A DNA stretch of 64,000 nt from positions 1,549,362 through 1,613,361 of the forward strand of contig CBDESM010000003.1 of assembly GCA_965242485.1 (NCBI GenBank). The letters run 5' to 3'. Made by a program: the position numbers and the translations under genes. Positions 20,338 to 31,402 of the stretch are shown here, piece after piece; position 1 is the stretch's first letter, and every line of letters starts with the position of its first letter. This DNA comes from Dehalococcoidia bacterium. Its GTDB lineage: Bacteria; Chloroflexota; Dehalococcoidia; Bin125. The notes beneath the pieces were generated by a model, which searched no databases, was not told the DNA's origin, and worked only from the letters and a program-made list of their open reading frames with translations.

Positions 20338-20981
20338 TCCAGCTGTTTCTCCATGCGGTGGACTTCGTCGGAGCCGGTGATGTACTTGACTAGGAAGCCG
20401 CGTGTCGTCTTGACGATTTTGTAGCCGAGGCGTTCGTAGAGGCGAATTGCGCCTTGGTTGTCGCCGATCACGTCTAGGGCCAGGATGGGGAGATTGAGTT
20501 CGCGGGCGCAGGCTTCCGCCTCGGCCATCAGTTTGCCGCCGATGCCCAGGCCGCGGATGTCGGCGTCTACGGCGATGGATTCGACGTAGAGCGCGTTTGG
20601 CGGCGGGGACTCGTTGAGCAGCAGGAAGTTGAACAGGACGCGGAGGGTTTTGAGCGGCCAGAAGGTGGCGAGCAGGCGGCGGGTGCCGATGTTGTAGAAC
20701 GTTTCGCCGCTGGATTGGCGGGTGAGGATGCCGGCGATGCGGCCGTCGACGATCGCCGTCCAGCAGGCGGAGCGGTCGACTTCGCCGGCGAAGAGGCGAA
20801 CCATGTCATCGGGGCCGTCGAGGCCGATGCGGAGCTTGTAGGCGAAGGCGGCGTGGAGGATGCGGAGCGCGCCGGCTTCGTGTTCCGGGTCCAATCCCTC
20901 GCGGATTTCGACCTCCGCAGCGGTCACTGGTCGTCGGCTTCCGGCGGTGCCGGCGGAGGCGCGCGCTTGGCGAGGAACCAC
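20334..20981 (-). CDS. GNAT family N-acetyltransferase
   Basis: Acetyl-CoA binding motif (RGLGIGGKLM) in the C-terminal half. Confidence 0.7.
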   Translation of the reverse strand: MVPRQARASAGTAGSRRPVTAAEVEIREGLDPEHEAGALRILHAAFAYKLRIGLDGPDDMVRLFAGEVDRSACWTAIVDGRIAGILTRQSSGETFYNIGTRRLLATFWPLKTLRVLFNFLLLNESPPPNALYVESIAVDADIRGLGIGGKLMAEAEACARELNLPILALDVIGDNQGAIRLYERLGYKIVKTTRGFLVKYITGSDEVHRMEKQLD

Positions 20982-21193
20982 ATGATCGCGGGGAGGGCGA
21001 GCAGAGTGGCCGCGAGGCCGACGGCGACGCCGGCCCAGGGGTCGACGGCGAGGCCGAGGATGAGCATCAGGGCGATGCCGATCAGCGGCGCGAACACGCC
21101 GGCGCGGGCGGCATCGGCGGGGCGGCGCTGCATCGCGGCGAGGATGCCGCGGCGTTCCGGATCGGTCGGCTCGGGAGTCGGGTGCTCGGCCAT
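20924..21193 (-). CDS. Small membrane protein (2 TM helices)
   Basis: 89-aa ORF from MAEHPTPEP with two hydrophobic helices; weak. Confidence 0.3.
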   Translation of the reverse strand: MAEHPTPEPTDPERRGILAAMQRRPADAARAGVFAPLIGIALMLILGLAVDPWAGVAVGLAATLLALPAIMWFLAKRAPPPAPPEADDQ

Positions 21194-21210
21194 GGTCGTC
21201 GGCGCGGCGG

Positions 21211-22116
21211 CTATTGCGCGGAGATCGCGCTGGCGAGGCCGTTCTGCCGCAGCACGCGCAGCATCGTCTGGCCGATCTGGGCCGGGCTGCGCGAGATCGT
21301 CGCGCCGTTCTGCTTCAGCACGCGCAACTTGGCGTCGGCGGTGCCGTCCTTGCCCTCGATGATCGCGCCGGCGTGCCCCATCCGCCGTCCCGGAGGCGCC
21401 GACGCGCCGGCCACGAAGGCGACCACGGGCTTCTTCATCTCGCGTTTGATGTAGGCGGCGGAGGCTTGCTCGGCGGTGCCGCCGATCTCGCCGATCAGCA
21501 CGACCGCGTCGGTCTCCGGGTCCTCGTTGAACCACTCCAGCACGCGGACCTGCGGGACGCCGATGATCGGGTCGCCGCCGACGCCGACGCAGGTCGATTG
21601 CCCGATGCCGAGCCGGGTCAGCTGGTCGACGGCTTCGTAGACCAAGGTGCCGGAGCGGGAGACGACGCCGACGCGGCCGGGCAGGAAGACGTCGGGCGGG
21701 TGGATGCCGACGCGGCAGCGGCTGGCGGGATGGATCACGCCGGGGCAGTTGGGGCCGATCAGGCGCGATTTCGAGCCGGCCAGCGCCTCGCGGACGCGGA
21801 TCATGTCGTGGACGGGCACGCCCTCGGTGATGCAGATGATCAGCGGGATTTCCTCGGCGGCCGCCTCGAGGATCGCGTCGGCGGCGCCGGGCGCGGGGAC
21901 GTAGATGATCGTGCAGTTGGGCTTGGCCGCTTCCTTGGCCTCGCGCACGGTCGGGAAGACGGGGAAGCCCTCGAACTCGTCGCCGCCGCGGAAGCCGGGG
22001 TGGACGCCGGCGACGACTTTGGTGCCGTAGGCGAGGGAGCGGCGGATCTGGTTCTGGCCCTCGCCGCCGAGGCCCTGGATCATCACCTTGGTGTTCTTGT
22101 TCAGCAGCTGCTTCAT
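21211..22116 (-). CDS. sucD: Succinyl-CoA synthetase alpha subunit
   Basis: CoA-binding GxxGxxG N-terminus and active-site His loop region. Confidence 0.9.
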   Translation of the reverse strand: MKQLLNKNTKVMIQGLGGEGQNQIRRSLAYGTKVVAGVHPGFRGGDEFEGFPVFPTVREAKEAAKPNCTIIYVPAPGAADAILEAAAEEIPLIICITEGVPVHDMIRVREALAGSKSRLIGPNCPGVIHPASRCRVGIHPPDVFLPGRVGVVSRSGTLVYEAVDQLTRLGIGQSTCVGVGGDPIIGVPQVRVLEWFNEDPETDAVVLIGEIGGTAEQASAAYIKREMKKPVVAFVAGASAPPGRRMGHAGAIIEGKDGTADAKLRVLKQNGATISRSPAQIGQTMLRVLRQNGLASAISAQ

Positions 22117-22143
22117 CGGTCGTCTCCAGTGCTGGCGGCGGGT

Positions 22144-23397
<1,254 letters not shown>

Positions 23398-23558
23398 GTT
23401 CACCGCCGTCGGAGTGGCGCGCCGGCCGGCCGCCGCGGGGAGCGCGAGCGGTCGAATCGCCGCCGCCGCGCCGCACTTGCGAACATAACCGCGCCCCGCG
23501 CGTGGGACAACATTTCGGCCCCGATCAGGGCGGAATCCGCGCCGAGATCGCGCCCGGA

Positions 23559-24779
23559 TCAGCGTTTCCGTGCGAAGCCGCCGGGGATGATGCCGCGTCC
23601 GAGGCCCTTGATTCGGCGGTCTTCCGACTGCGCGGCGCGCTCGGAGAGCGTGTGCAGCGCCTCGCCGAGCGTCGTCTCGCGGAACAACCAGCGGTTCAGC
23701 GCCGCGTCGTCGGGCTGCGCGCCGGGCTGCGCCGATGCGGCCTCGAAGTACCAGGCGCGCATGTCGTCGGCGGCGTACTTGAGCCGGATCGGCATCGGGT
23801 GGCCCCAATCGCCGCCGGGGTCGTGGTCCTCGAAGGCGTTGCGGGCGATCAGCTCGGCCATGCGCTCGATTCCGTCGGCCCCGACGCCGGAGCCGCCGAC
23901 CGACGTGCGTCCGCGTTCGCGCACCCATTGGTCGTGCCAGGGCTGGAGCCGGCGGATCTCTCCGGTCAGGCGCTGCAGCAGCGCGTCGGCGCCGCTCGCC
24001 GGTTCGGGCGCGGCGAGCTGGACGGGGCAGGTCCACTGCCCGCCGTTCGCGTCCGCCGGCACGTCGTGCGGATAGTCGGCCAGCGTCGTCTCCGCCGCCG
24101 TCTCGAGCAGTCCGAGCGCGGCGCGGAGCACGCCGGTCTGGAACCCGGCGTCGCCGGGCGCGCCCAGCGGCAGGCCGAGCGGGAACGGGACGAAGAGGGA
24201 GCGCGGCGGGCGCATGCCGGCGGCGTGCTCGCGGATCAGGCTGATCCCGGCCGTGGCGACGCCGGCCCGCTCGATGTAGTGCGAGAGCGCGCAGACCGCG
24301 CGCGTGCACCACGGTCAAACCGGCGTCAGCAGCACCGCGTCGGCGCCGTCATCGCGCAGCAGCCGGCCGACTTCCTCGCCCGTTTCGCGCAGGCCCGTCG
24401 GGTCGCCCTGCGCGCCCATGAACGAGTAGTGGTAGTTCGCCACTCCGCCGATCTCCCCCGCCGCGGCCAGCTCGCGCAGGCGCTCGATCGGGAAGACGAC
24501 GTTCGGATCGCCGCGGAAGCCGGAGCGGTCGAAGGCGATCGAGGCGTGAGACATGCTCAGTTCGCCGGCGTCGACGTCGCCGGGGATCAGCCGGTAGCCC
24601 GTGTCGCCCGCTTGGAAGGGGCGGTCGCCGCGCTGCGCGAGGCCGGCCGTGGTGACGATCGCGATCGTGGACTCGGCGAGCGGCTTGGGCGCGATCCAGG
24701 GCGCGGGCTCGATCTCGGGCAGGTCGAGCTTGAGCAGGCCCTCGGCCATGGCTGGATGGAGATCGGCGGTGCGGACCAT
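23559..24779 (-). CDS. GrdB/PrdB-family selenoprotein (glycine/betaine/sarcosine/D-proline reductase protein B-like) with in-frame UGA at 24315-24317
   Basis: Two ORFs in the same frame separated by a single TGA; flanking sequence DAVLLTPV-U-PWC resembles the PrdB Sec region; SECIS-like hairpin just downstream. Confidence 0.7.
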
Positions 24780-24904
24780 GCTGTCGGCCTCCTCGCGAGC
24801 CGCGCGGCGTCGACGTGCGCGGCTCGGCGCAGGATAGGCGCGGGCAGGCGGTACGATTGGGCGCGGAAAGCAGGTCCCGCGGCGCGGGCAGAGCGGAGGC
24901 GCAG

Positions 24905-25246
24905 ATGCCGGAAGACACCGTCGAGGTCAGCGTACGGATGGCGGATCGGGGCGAGGTCGGCTACCGCATGATCTCCGCCTCGATCAGCAGCCGCGAAGGG
25001 TCGCTCGCCGGCGCGCCGGTCGACTTCAGCATCGTCGAGGGGCCGGGCGCGCTGACCCAATCCGGAGGCCGCGACCGCACGGTCGAGTCGGACGAGTGGG
25101 GCATCGCCGAGGTCAACTGGTACCCGGAGCAGCACCCGCGCTCGTCGCCCGAGGCCGAGGCGGTCCAGACCGTGACCATCCGCGCGCTCTGCGAGACCGC
25201 GGCCCAAGTCGATCTGAACGTCGCCAGCCCGATCTGGAAGCACTGA
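24905..25246 (+). CDS. Hypothetical small protein
   Basis: 113-aa ORF from MPEDTVEV; no motif. Confidence 0.3.
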   Translation: MPEDTVEVSVRMADRGEVGYRMISASISSREGSLAGAPVDFSIVEGPGALTQSGGRDRTVESDEWGIAEVNWYPEQHPRSSPEAEAVQTVTIRALCETAAQVDLNVASPIWKH

Positions 25247-25385
25247 TCAGCGAATCCAGCGCATCCCCGCAGCCAGCGCCGGAGCCGCCGCGCGGGCGCT
25301 ACGTCGTTCCCGACGAGCTGATCGAGCGCGTCGCCCGGGCGCGGCTCGAGCGCAGCCGGCTGCCGATCTACGACCAGACCGCGGG

Positions 25386-25974
25386 CATGGGCCTGCTGCC
25401 GCTCATCGCCTTCCTGGTCCTGCTCGAACTGGCCGACGTGCGCTGGGCGATCTGCGTCTCGCTCGCCGTCGCGCTGGCCGTCTTCGCGGTCCAGCGGCGG
25501 CTCGAGCGGAGCGGCGGGCTGGTCTTCAAATTGGCGCTGCTGGGCCTGGTGACGCAGATCGGGGCGGGAATCGCCGGCATCATCGTCGAGTCCGAGCGCG
25601 TCTTCCTCTGGCAGGACCCGGTCGGCGATTTCTCCATCGCCGCGCTCTGCTTCGCTTCGCTGGTGCTGCGCTGGCCGATGATCGGCCGCTTCCTGGGCGA
25701 GCTCTTCCCGCGCGTCGCCGCGGCGCTGCCCGCCGGCCACAAGGTCTTCTTCTGGATCACGATCATGTTCTTCGTCGAGAACATCGGGATGGGCTTCGTC
25801 CGCGTCTGGATGCTCGAGGCGACCGACACCTCCGCTTTGGAGTACGCGCTGTTCTCGCGCGCCGTCGGCATCCCCTTCCGCATCCTCCTGATCGTCGCCG
25901 GCTGGTGGCTGATCCGCCGCGCGATCCGCAACGAGGAGTACGCGATCCTGCTCGCCGGCCGCAGCCCCCGTTAG
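25386..25974 (+). CDS. Integral membrane protein (start uncertain)
   Basis: Multiple hydrophobic helices; start could be further upstream. Confidence 0.4.
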
Positions 25975-25983
25975 CCGGGGCCG

Positions 25984-27060
25984 CTAGCCGAAGTGGTCGG
26001 GCAGGCCGTACTCGGCGAAGAGGCCGCGGAAGTATTCGATCACGTCCGGGTGGTAGGGGATGCCCAGCTCGCGGCGCTCGATCTCCTGCTCGTGTTCTTC
26101 GAGGCCGGCGTAGAGGACGCGCTCCTGGCCCGGCGCAGGCGGGGTTTCGCGCAGCGCCTTGAGGTACGCGTCCATCCCCGCCTTGAACTCGTCCACGTCC
26201 GTGAACGCGGCCACGTTCATCACCGTGAAGTGGTGGCCGACGCCGTTGTTCCGCTGGACAGCGGAGCCGGCGGCGGAGAGGATGCCGGCGAGGATGTCGA
26301 TCGAGGCGGCCAGCGAGTAGCCCTTGTGGGAGCCGATCTCGCGGGTGCCGCCCAAGGGCAGGATCAGGAACTCGTCCGGCGTCTGGGCGGGTTCCATGAT
26401 CGGCGTGCCCTCGGCGTCGGCGACCCAGCCGGGCAGCAGCGCTTCGCCGAGCCGCTGCGCCAGCCGCACCTTGTTGCCGGCGACCGACGACATCGAGGCG
26501 TCGAAGATGAACGGGGCCTCTGCGCCGGCCGGGGCCGCGATCGAGAGCGGGTTGAGGCCGACCATCGCCTTGGAGCCGAAGGTGGGCGCGACGAGCAGGC
26601 CGCCCACGGTCATCGAGATGCCGATCATGTCGTGTTCCAGCGCCATCTGCGCGTGGAACGCGGCCGCGCCGTAGTGCCGCCCGTTGTTGGCCACGACGGT
26701 CGCGACGCCCGCGTGCCGCGCCTTCTCGATCGCGATCTCCATCGCCTGCGGGCCGATCGTCAGGCCGAGCCCGCGGTCGCAGTCGACCGTGGCCGCGGCC
26801 GGGTGATCGCGCTCGATCTTCATCACCGGCGCCGGGTTGATGTCGCCCGATTTCAGCCCGTCGACGTAGAACCGCATCATGTTCGAGATGCCGTGCGAGT
26901 CGATCCCGCGGATGTCGGCGTAGAACAGCGTCTCGGCCGAGCGTGCCGCGTCGGCTTCGGGCATCCCCAGGGCGCGGAAGATGTCTTGGATCGCGGCGCG
27001 CACGTTCGCCGCCGGCATGCGCACGGCGATCTCGTCGGGGACTTTGAACTGCTTGAGCAT
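25984..27060 (-). CDS. Ldh_2 family malate/L-lactate/sulfolactate dehydrogenase
   Basis: Type-2 malate/lactate dehydrogenase family sequence (HKGYSLA motif region). Confidence 0.75.
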   Translation of the reverse strand: MLKQFKVPDEIAVRMPAANVRAAIQDIFRALGMPEADAARSAETLFYADIRGIDSHGISNMMRFYVDGLKSGDINPAPVMKIERDHPAAATVDCDRGLGLTIGPQAMEIAIEKARHAGVATVVANNGRHYGAAAFHAQMALEHDMIGISMTVGGLLVAPTFGSKAMVGLNPLSIAAPAGAEAPFIFDASMSSVAGNKVRLAQRLGEALLPGWVADAEGTPIMEPAQTPDEFLILPLGGTREIGSHKGYSLAASIDILAGILSAAGSAVQRNNGVGHHFTVMNVAAFTDVDEFKAGMDAYLKALRETPPAPGQERVLYAGLEEHEQEIERRELGIPYHPDVIEYFRGLFAEYGLPDHFG

Positions 27061-27299
27061 GGCGGGGCTCCGGATTCGGCGCTTGAACGACGGCGGCAGG
27101 CTACAGCGGGCGCGCGCCGGGCCCGATTCGGCGGCTCCGATGGGAATCTCGTGTTAACGATGCGGCATTCGGGCGGCGGATGTAGTCCGTGACACATTTC
27201 ACAATCGCTTTCCCCCATAACGTCGCAATCAAGCGCGGCGGGAGCGAATCGGCCCGGGAGCCCGTCGACCGGAGCGCCGCGCACTGGAAGGCAAGGAAG

Positions 27300-27542
27300 A
27301 TGGACCCCACCCTGATCAACTTGGCGCTGCCGCCGGAGGCGGCGGCCGCGCGCCGGATCGAACTCGCGCAGCGCGCCGCGGTGCAGCGGGAGATCGAGAT
27401 CCGCGCGCGCCTGGCCCGGCCGGCGCGGCGGCCCCTGATCGCGGCCATCCGCGACCGCGCGGCTGCCATCGCGTTCCCCGCGCCGCAGCCGCCCTACGGC
27501 CGCCCCGCCCCGCGCGCGCAGCAGCCCTCGCTGCCCTACTGA
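27300..27542 (+). CDS. Hypothetical small protein
   Basis: 81-aa ORF in a 640-bp intergenic gap; weak. Confidence 0.2.
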   Translation: MDPTLINLALPPEAAAARRIELAQRAAVQREIEIRARLARPARRPLIAAIRDRAAAIAFPAPQPPYGRPAPRAQQPSLPY

Positions 27543-27699
27543 GCGCCGTCGCGCCGCGATCCGACGCGGCCGCGGCAGTCGCCGCCGCGGATCGCGCGTA
27601 CCACCGCCCCCGCTTAGGATGCTAAGCGGCGGCGCGCCGGGCTTCGGCGCACCGCTTCAGCGCGGCCCCGCAGCGGGCCGAATCGCAGAGGAGGCGGCG

Positions 27700-28128
27700 A
27701 TGGCCGATGAGAAGACGGAAGCCGGCTACAGCCTGCCGATCCCGGAGCCGGATCCGGTCTCGCAACCATTCTGGGACGCGGCCAAAGAGGGCCGCCTGGC
27801 GCTGCCGCGCTGCACCGACTGCAACCGCGTGCACTGGTACCCCCGCGTCATCTGCCCCTTCTGCCACTCCGACGATATTGAGTGGATCGAGGGCTCCGGC
27901 AAGGGCACGATCCACACCTTCGCCGTCCAGACCCGCAAGTGGGGCCCTTGGGATCCTCCCTACGTCACCGCCTACATCGACCTCGCCGAGGGCGACCGCA
28001 TGGTGACGGTGCTGCGCGGCGTCGACGCCGAAGACCCCGAGTCGATCAAGATCGGCGCGCCCGTCGAGATCGAGTTCGAACCCGCCAGCGACGACGTCCA
28101 CATCCCCTTCTGGCGGGTCGTCGGCTGA
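27700..28128 (+). CDS. DUF35-type Zn-ribbon plus OB-fold protein (thiolase partner)
   Basis: CTDCNRVHWYPRVICPFC zinc ribbon followed by an OB fold; precedes an SCP-x-type thiolase. Confidence 0.75.
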   Translation: MADEKTEAGYSLPIPEPDPVSQPFWDAAKEGRLALPRCTDCNRVHWYPRVICPFCHSDDIEWIEGSGKGTIHTFAVQTRKWGPWDPPYVTAYIDLAEGDRMVTVLRGVDAEDPESIKIGAPVEIEFEPASDDVHIPFWRVVG

Positions 28129-28168
28129 GGCCGGCGCGAGCCCCGAACGCACGAACAGGAGCACCCCG

Positions 28169-29425
28169 ATGCCAGGTCCCGCATCCAACGCAGCCGCCAT
28201 CGTCGGAGCCGCCGAAGCCGACGAGATCGGCTACCCGGCGACGCCCAAGTCCTCGCTCACCCTCCACATGGAGGCGATCCGCAACGTCTGCGCCCAGACC
28301 GGCATCCCGATCCGGGCCATCGACGGCATCTTCTCGGCCGGCTGGTCGTCGCAGATCGCCGAGTACCTCGGGCTGCATCCGAAGTACATCGACACCACCG
28401 CCGTCGGCGGCTGCTCGTTCGAGATGCACGTCCACCACGCGCTGGCCGCGATCCACGCCGGGATCGTCGACGTCGCCCTCGTCTCGCACGGCGAGATGGG
28501 CTTCAACGCGCGCAACACCCGCGGCCGCGGCACCGGCCGCCCCTTCGGCGGCGGCGACCCGTGGGACCCCGCGACCCAGCACTCCGTCGCCTACGGCATG
28601 GGCGGCGCGCCCACGGCCTATTCGCACGCGCTCAACCGCCACATGCACCGCTACGGCACGACCCAGGAGGACTTCGCCGAGATCGCCGTCGTCACCCGCG
28701 AATGGGCCGGGCTCAACCCCAAGGCGATCATGTACAAAAAGGCCGCCAAGGAGGACCTGCCCGAGGGCAGCATGGGCGGCGGCAAGATGGGCCACCCCTT
28801 CGGCGGCCCGATCACCGTCGACGACGTGATGAACTCCCGCGTCATCTCCTGGCCCCTCAAGCTGCTCGACGTCTGCCTCGTCACCGACCACGGCGGCGCC
28901 GTCCTGATCGTCGGCAAGGAATTCGCCCACTCGACCAAGAACAAGCCCGTCTGGATCACCGGCGCGGGCGAGAACATGTCGCACTCGAACATCATGGAGA
29001 TGAGCGACTTCACCGCCACCTCCGCCTCCGCCTCCGCCGCCACCGCCTACAAGATGGCCGGGATGGGCCCCGAAGACATGGAAATGGCCATGATCTACGA
29101 CTCGTTCACGGTCACCGCCGGGATCACGGCCGAGATGCTCGGCCTCGCCCCGCGCGGCGAGGGCTTCCGGCTCTGGAAGGACCGCCACGCCGCGCCCGGC
29201 GGCCGCCTGCCGATCAACACCAACGGCGGCGGCCTCTCCTTCAACCACTCCGGCATGTACGGCATGCAGCTGCTGGTCGAGGCTTACCGCCAGCTCTCCG
29301 GCACGGCCGAGGACGGCGGCGTCACCGGCGACCTCGGCAAGCAGACCGACGCCCGCTCCTGCGTCGTCAACGGCACCGGCGGCTCGCTCTCGACCACCGG
29401 CACGCTGGTGCTCACCGCCGACTAG
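28169..29425 (+). CDS. Thiolase-like protein, SCP-x / lipid-transfer protein type
   Basis: Thiolase fold with conserved Cys region and GGGLSFNHSGMYG C-terminal motif. Confidence 0.8.
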   Translation: MPGPASNAAAIVGAAEADEIGYPATPKSSLTLHMEAIRNVCAQTGIPIRAIDGIFSAGWSSQIAEYLGLHPKYIDTTAVGGCSFEMHVHHALAAIHAGIVDVALVSHGEMGFNARNTRGRGTGRPFGGGDPWDPATQHSVAYGMGGAPTAYSHALNRHMHRYGTTQEDFAEIAVVTREWAGLNPKAIMYKKAAKEDLPEGSMGGGKMGHPFGGPITVDDVMNSRVISWPLKLLDVCLVTDHGGAVLIVGKEFAHSTKNKPVWITGAGENMSHSNIMEMSDFTATSASASAATAYKMAGMGPEDMEMAMIYDSFTVTAGITAEMLGLAPRGEGFRLWKDRHAAPGGRLPINTNGGGLSFNHSGMYGMQLLVEAYRQLSGTAEDGGVTGDLGKQTDARSCVVNGTGGSLSTTGTLVLTAD

Positions 29426-29473
29426 AGTGGGCGGCGCGGGCGGGCCGATGCCCGCCGGAACGGGTGCATCGAC

Positions 29474-29899
29474 ATGGCTGAAGCGGGATCCGCCAGCAGC
29501 AGGTTCGACAAGGTCTGGTACTGGCTGTGGCTGCTCGGCTTGGGCGGCGGCGTCGTCGTCTACGGGCTCACGGCCGGCGGCGTGTTCAGCGACGGCGACC
29601 TCCCGGTCTCCGAGGTCGGCGTCATCGCCGCCGGCGCCGTCAACGCCATCGGCGTCATCGCCGTTGCCCCGATCAACGCGATCGGCATCGTCGCCATCGG
29701 CGGGGTCAACTCGATCGCCGTCGTCTCGATCGGCACCATCAACAGCGTCGGCGTGATCGCGATCGGCGGCTGGAACACCGCCGGCCTGGTCTCCCTGGGC
29801 GGCGCGTTCAACAGCTACGGCGTGATGATGGCGACCGTCAACGCCCGCACCGGCGGCCCGCTCGTCACCATGCACGACGTCAAGGTGCTCCGCAAGTAG
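29474..29899 (+). CDS. Small hydrophobic protein built from 11-residue repeats (xN[AS]IGVIAIGG)
   Basis: About 8 hendecad repeats after an N-terminal hydrophobic helix; paralog immediately downstream. Confidence 0.5.
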   Translation: MAEAGSASSRFDKVWYWLWLLGLGGGVVVYGLTAGGVFSDGDLPVSEVGVIAAGAVNAIGVIAVAPINAIGIVAIGGVNSIAVVSIGTINSVGVIAIGGWNTAGLVSLGGAFNSYGVMMATVNARTGGPLVTMHDVKVLRK

Positions 29900-29950
29900 C
29901 CCCGCCGCCGCGCTGCACGCATCCCGCTTGGCATCCCGGAGGAGTGATCC

Positions 29951-30418
29951 ATGTCCGAACCTGCAAATCAGGGCAACGCGGCTCACCGCGCGGCCGAAGG
30001 CTGGACCGACGTCTGGGTGATGCTGCTCGGCGGCGGTATCGTGATCTGGGCGCTGGCGCACGCCGGCATCCTCGGCGATATCGAACTGGATTCCGAAGTC
30101 GGCTGGTTCGCGATGGCGTCGCTCAACGCGATCGGCCTCGTCGCGGTTTCGCCGCTGAACGCGATCGGGCTGATCGCGATCGGCGGCGTCAACTCGATCG
30201 GCGTGATCACCATCGGCACGGTCAACAGCATCGGCTTCATCGCCGTCGGCGGCGTCAACGCGCTGGGCGTGATCTCGTTCGGCGGCGCGTTCGGCAGCTA
30301 CGCGCTGCTGATCGCCACGGGCGACTTGGTCTCGCGGGACGGCAAGACCTGGGGCCGCCAGGCCGCGCCCGTCGCCTGCAACCCGCTCGGCCGCCGGCTC
30401 CTGCACTTGGACGATTAG
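29951..30418 (+). CDS. Paralog of the 11-residue-repeat protein
   Basis: Same repeat architecture (LNAIGLVAVSP/LNAIGLIAIGG/VNSIGVITIGT ...). Confidence 0.5.
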   Translation: MSEPANQGNAAHRAAEGWTDVWVMLLGGGIVIWALAHAGILGDIELDSEVGWFAMASLNAIGLVAVSPLNAIGLIAIGGVNSIGVITIGTVNSIGFIAVGGVNALGVISFGGAFGSYALLIATGDLVSRDGKTWGRQAAPVACNPLGRRLLHLDD

Positions 30419-30435
30419 CGATCTGGTAGCCTCGC

Positions 30436-30530
30436 GCCACGAGTTGATGCCGGGGTGGTCCGCTTGAGGCGGGCCTGAGAGCACACCCGCTGAACCTGAT
30501 CCGGGTAATGCCGGCGCAGGGAGCGTTCCA
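30436..30530 (+). promoter_or_regulatory. TPP (THI-box) riboswitch
   Basis: GGGGUG ... CUGAGA ... ACCC ... GAACCUGAUCCGGGUAAUGCCGGCGCAGGGA matches the THI-element consensus directly upstream of thiD. Confidence 0.75.
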
Positions 30531-30544
30531 GGTCCGCCCGCAGC

Positions 30545-31402
30545 TTGTCCGAACCGGCGCGAAAGCGTCAGCGCGTGCGCGTCATCTGCAGCATCGCCGG
30601 TTCCGATTCCTGCGCCGGCGCCGGCATCCAAGCCGACATCAAGGCCGCCGCCGCCTTCCTCGGCTGCCACGCCGCCACCGTGATCACCGCGATCACCGCC
30701 CAGAACACGCTCGGCGTCCAAAGCGCGCACCAGCTGCCCACCTCCGTCGTGCGGGCCCAGATCGCCTCCGTCTTCGACGACCTCGACGTGGCCGTGGTCA
30801 AGACCGGCATGCTCGGCGACTCCGAGATGATCGAAACGGTCGCCGACGAGCTCTCGGCGCGGCCGAGGCGCTGGACCGTCGTCGACCCGGTGATGATCTC
30901 CAAGACCGGCTTCGCGCTCTTGGCGGACGACGCGGTCGCCACGTTCACCAGCCTGATGCTGCCACTGGCCGACCTGCTCACGCCCAACACGCACGAGGCC
31001 GAACGGCTCACCGGCATCGCCGTGCGCACGCTCGACGACGCTAAGCGCGCCGGCCAAGCGCTGCTCGAACTCGGCGCCAAGGCCGTGCTCGTCAAGGGCG
31101 GGCATCTCGAGGAAGCGCCCGGCACCGACACGCTCGTCACCGCCGAGGGCTTCCAGATCTTCGAAGGCCGCTGGATCGAAACCAAGCACACGCACGGCAC
31201 CGGCTGCACCTACGCCTCCGCCATCGCCGCCCGCCTCGCCCATTCCTTCAACATCGACGACGCGGACCCGAGCGGCGCGATCGAGGACGCGAAGCTCTGG
31301 CTCGACGCCGGCGTGATCCAGTACGGCCTGCCGATCGGCCATGGCGTCGGCCCGACCAATCCCTTCTACGACCGCGAGTGGTACGGATGGAACGGCGGAT
31401 GA
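30545..31402 (+). CDS. thiD: Hydroxymethylpyrimidine/phosphomethylpyrimidine kinase
   Basis: PfkB-family ThiD-like sequence (VKTGML, GTGCT). Confidence 0.85.
   Translation: MSEPARKRQRVRVICSIAGSDSCAGAGIQADIKAAAAFLGCHAATVITAITAQNTLGVQSAHQLPTSVVRAQIASVFDDLDVAVVKTGMLGDSEMIETVADELSARPRRWTVVDPVMISKTGFALLADDAVATFTSLMLPLADLLTPNTHEAERLTGIAVRTLDDAKRAGQALLELGAKAVLVKGGHLEEAPGTDTLVTAEGFQIFEGRWIETKHTHGTGCTYASAIAARLAHSFNIDDADPSGAIEDAKLWLDAGVIQYGLPIGHGVGPTNPFYDREWYGWNGG

Noticed and set aside
24587-25243. 218-aa minus-strand ORF overlapping the selenoprotein N-terminal region and the small plus-strand ORF
   Set aside because: Low-complexity Arg/Asp-rich frame antisense or offset to the motif-bearing selenoprotein frame
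28046-31342. 1098-aa minus-strand ORF spanning the thiolase, repeat-protein and thiD genes
   Set aside because: Antisense to several well-supported plus-strand genes and the TPP riboswitch; Gly/Ala/Asp-rich low-complexity translation; GC artefact
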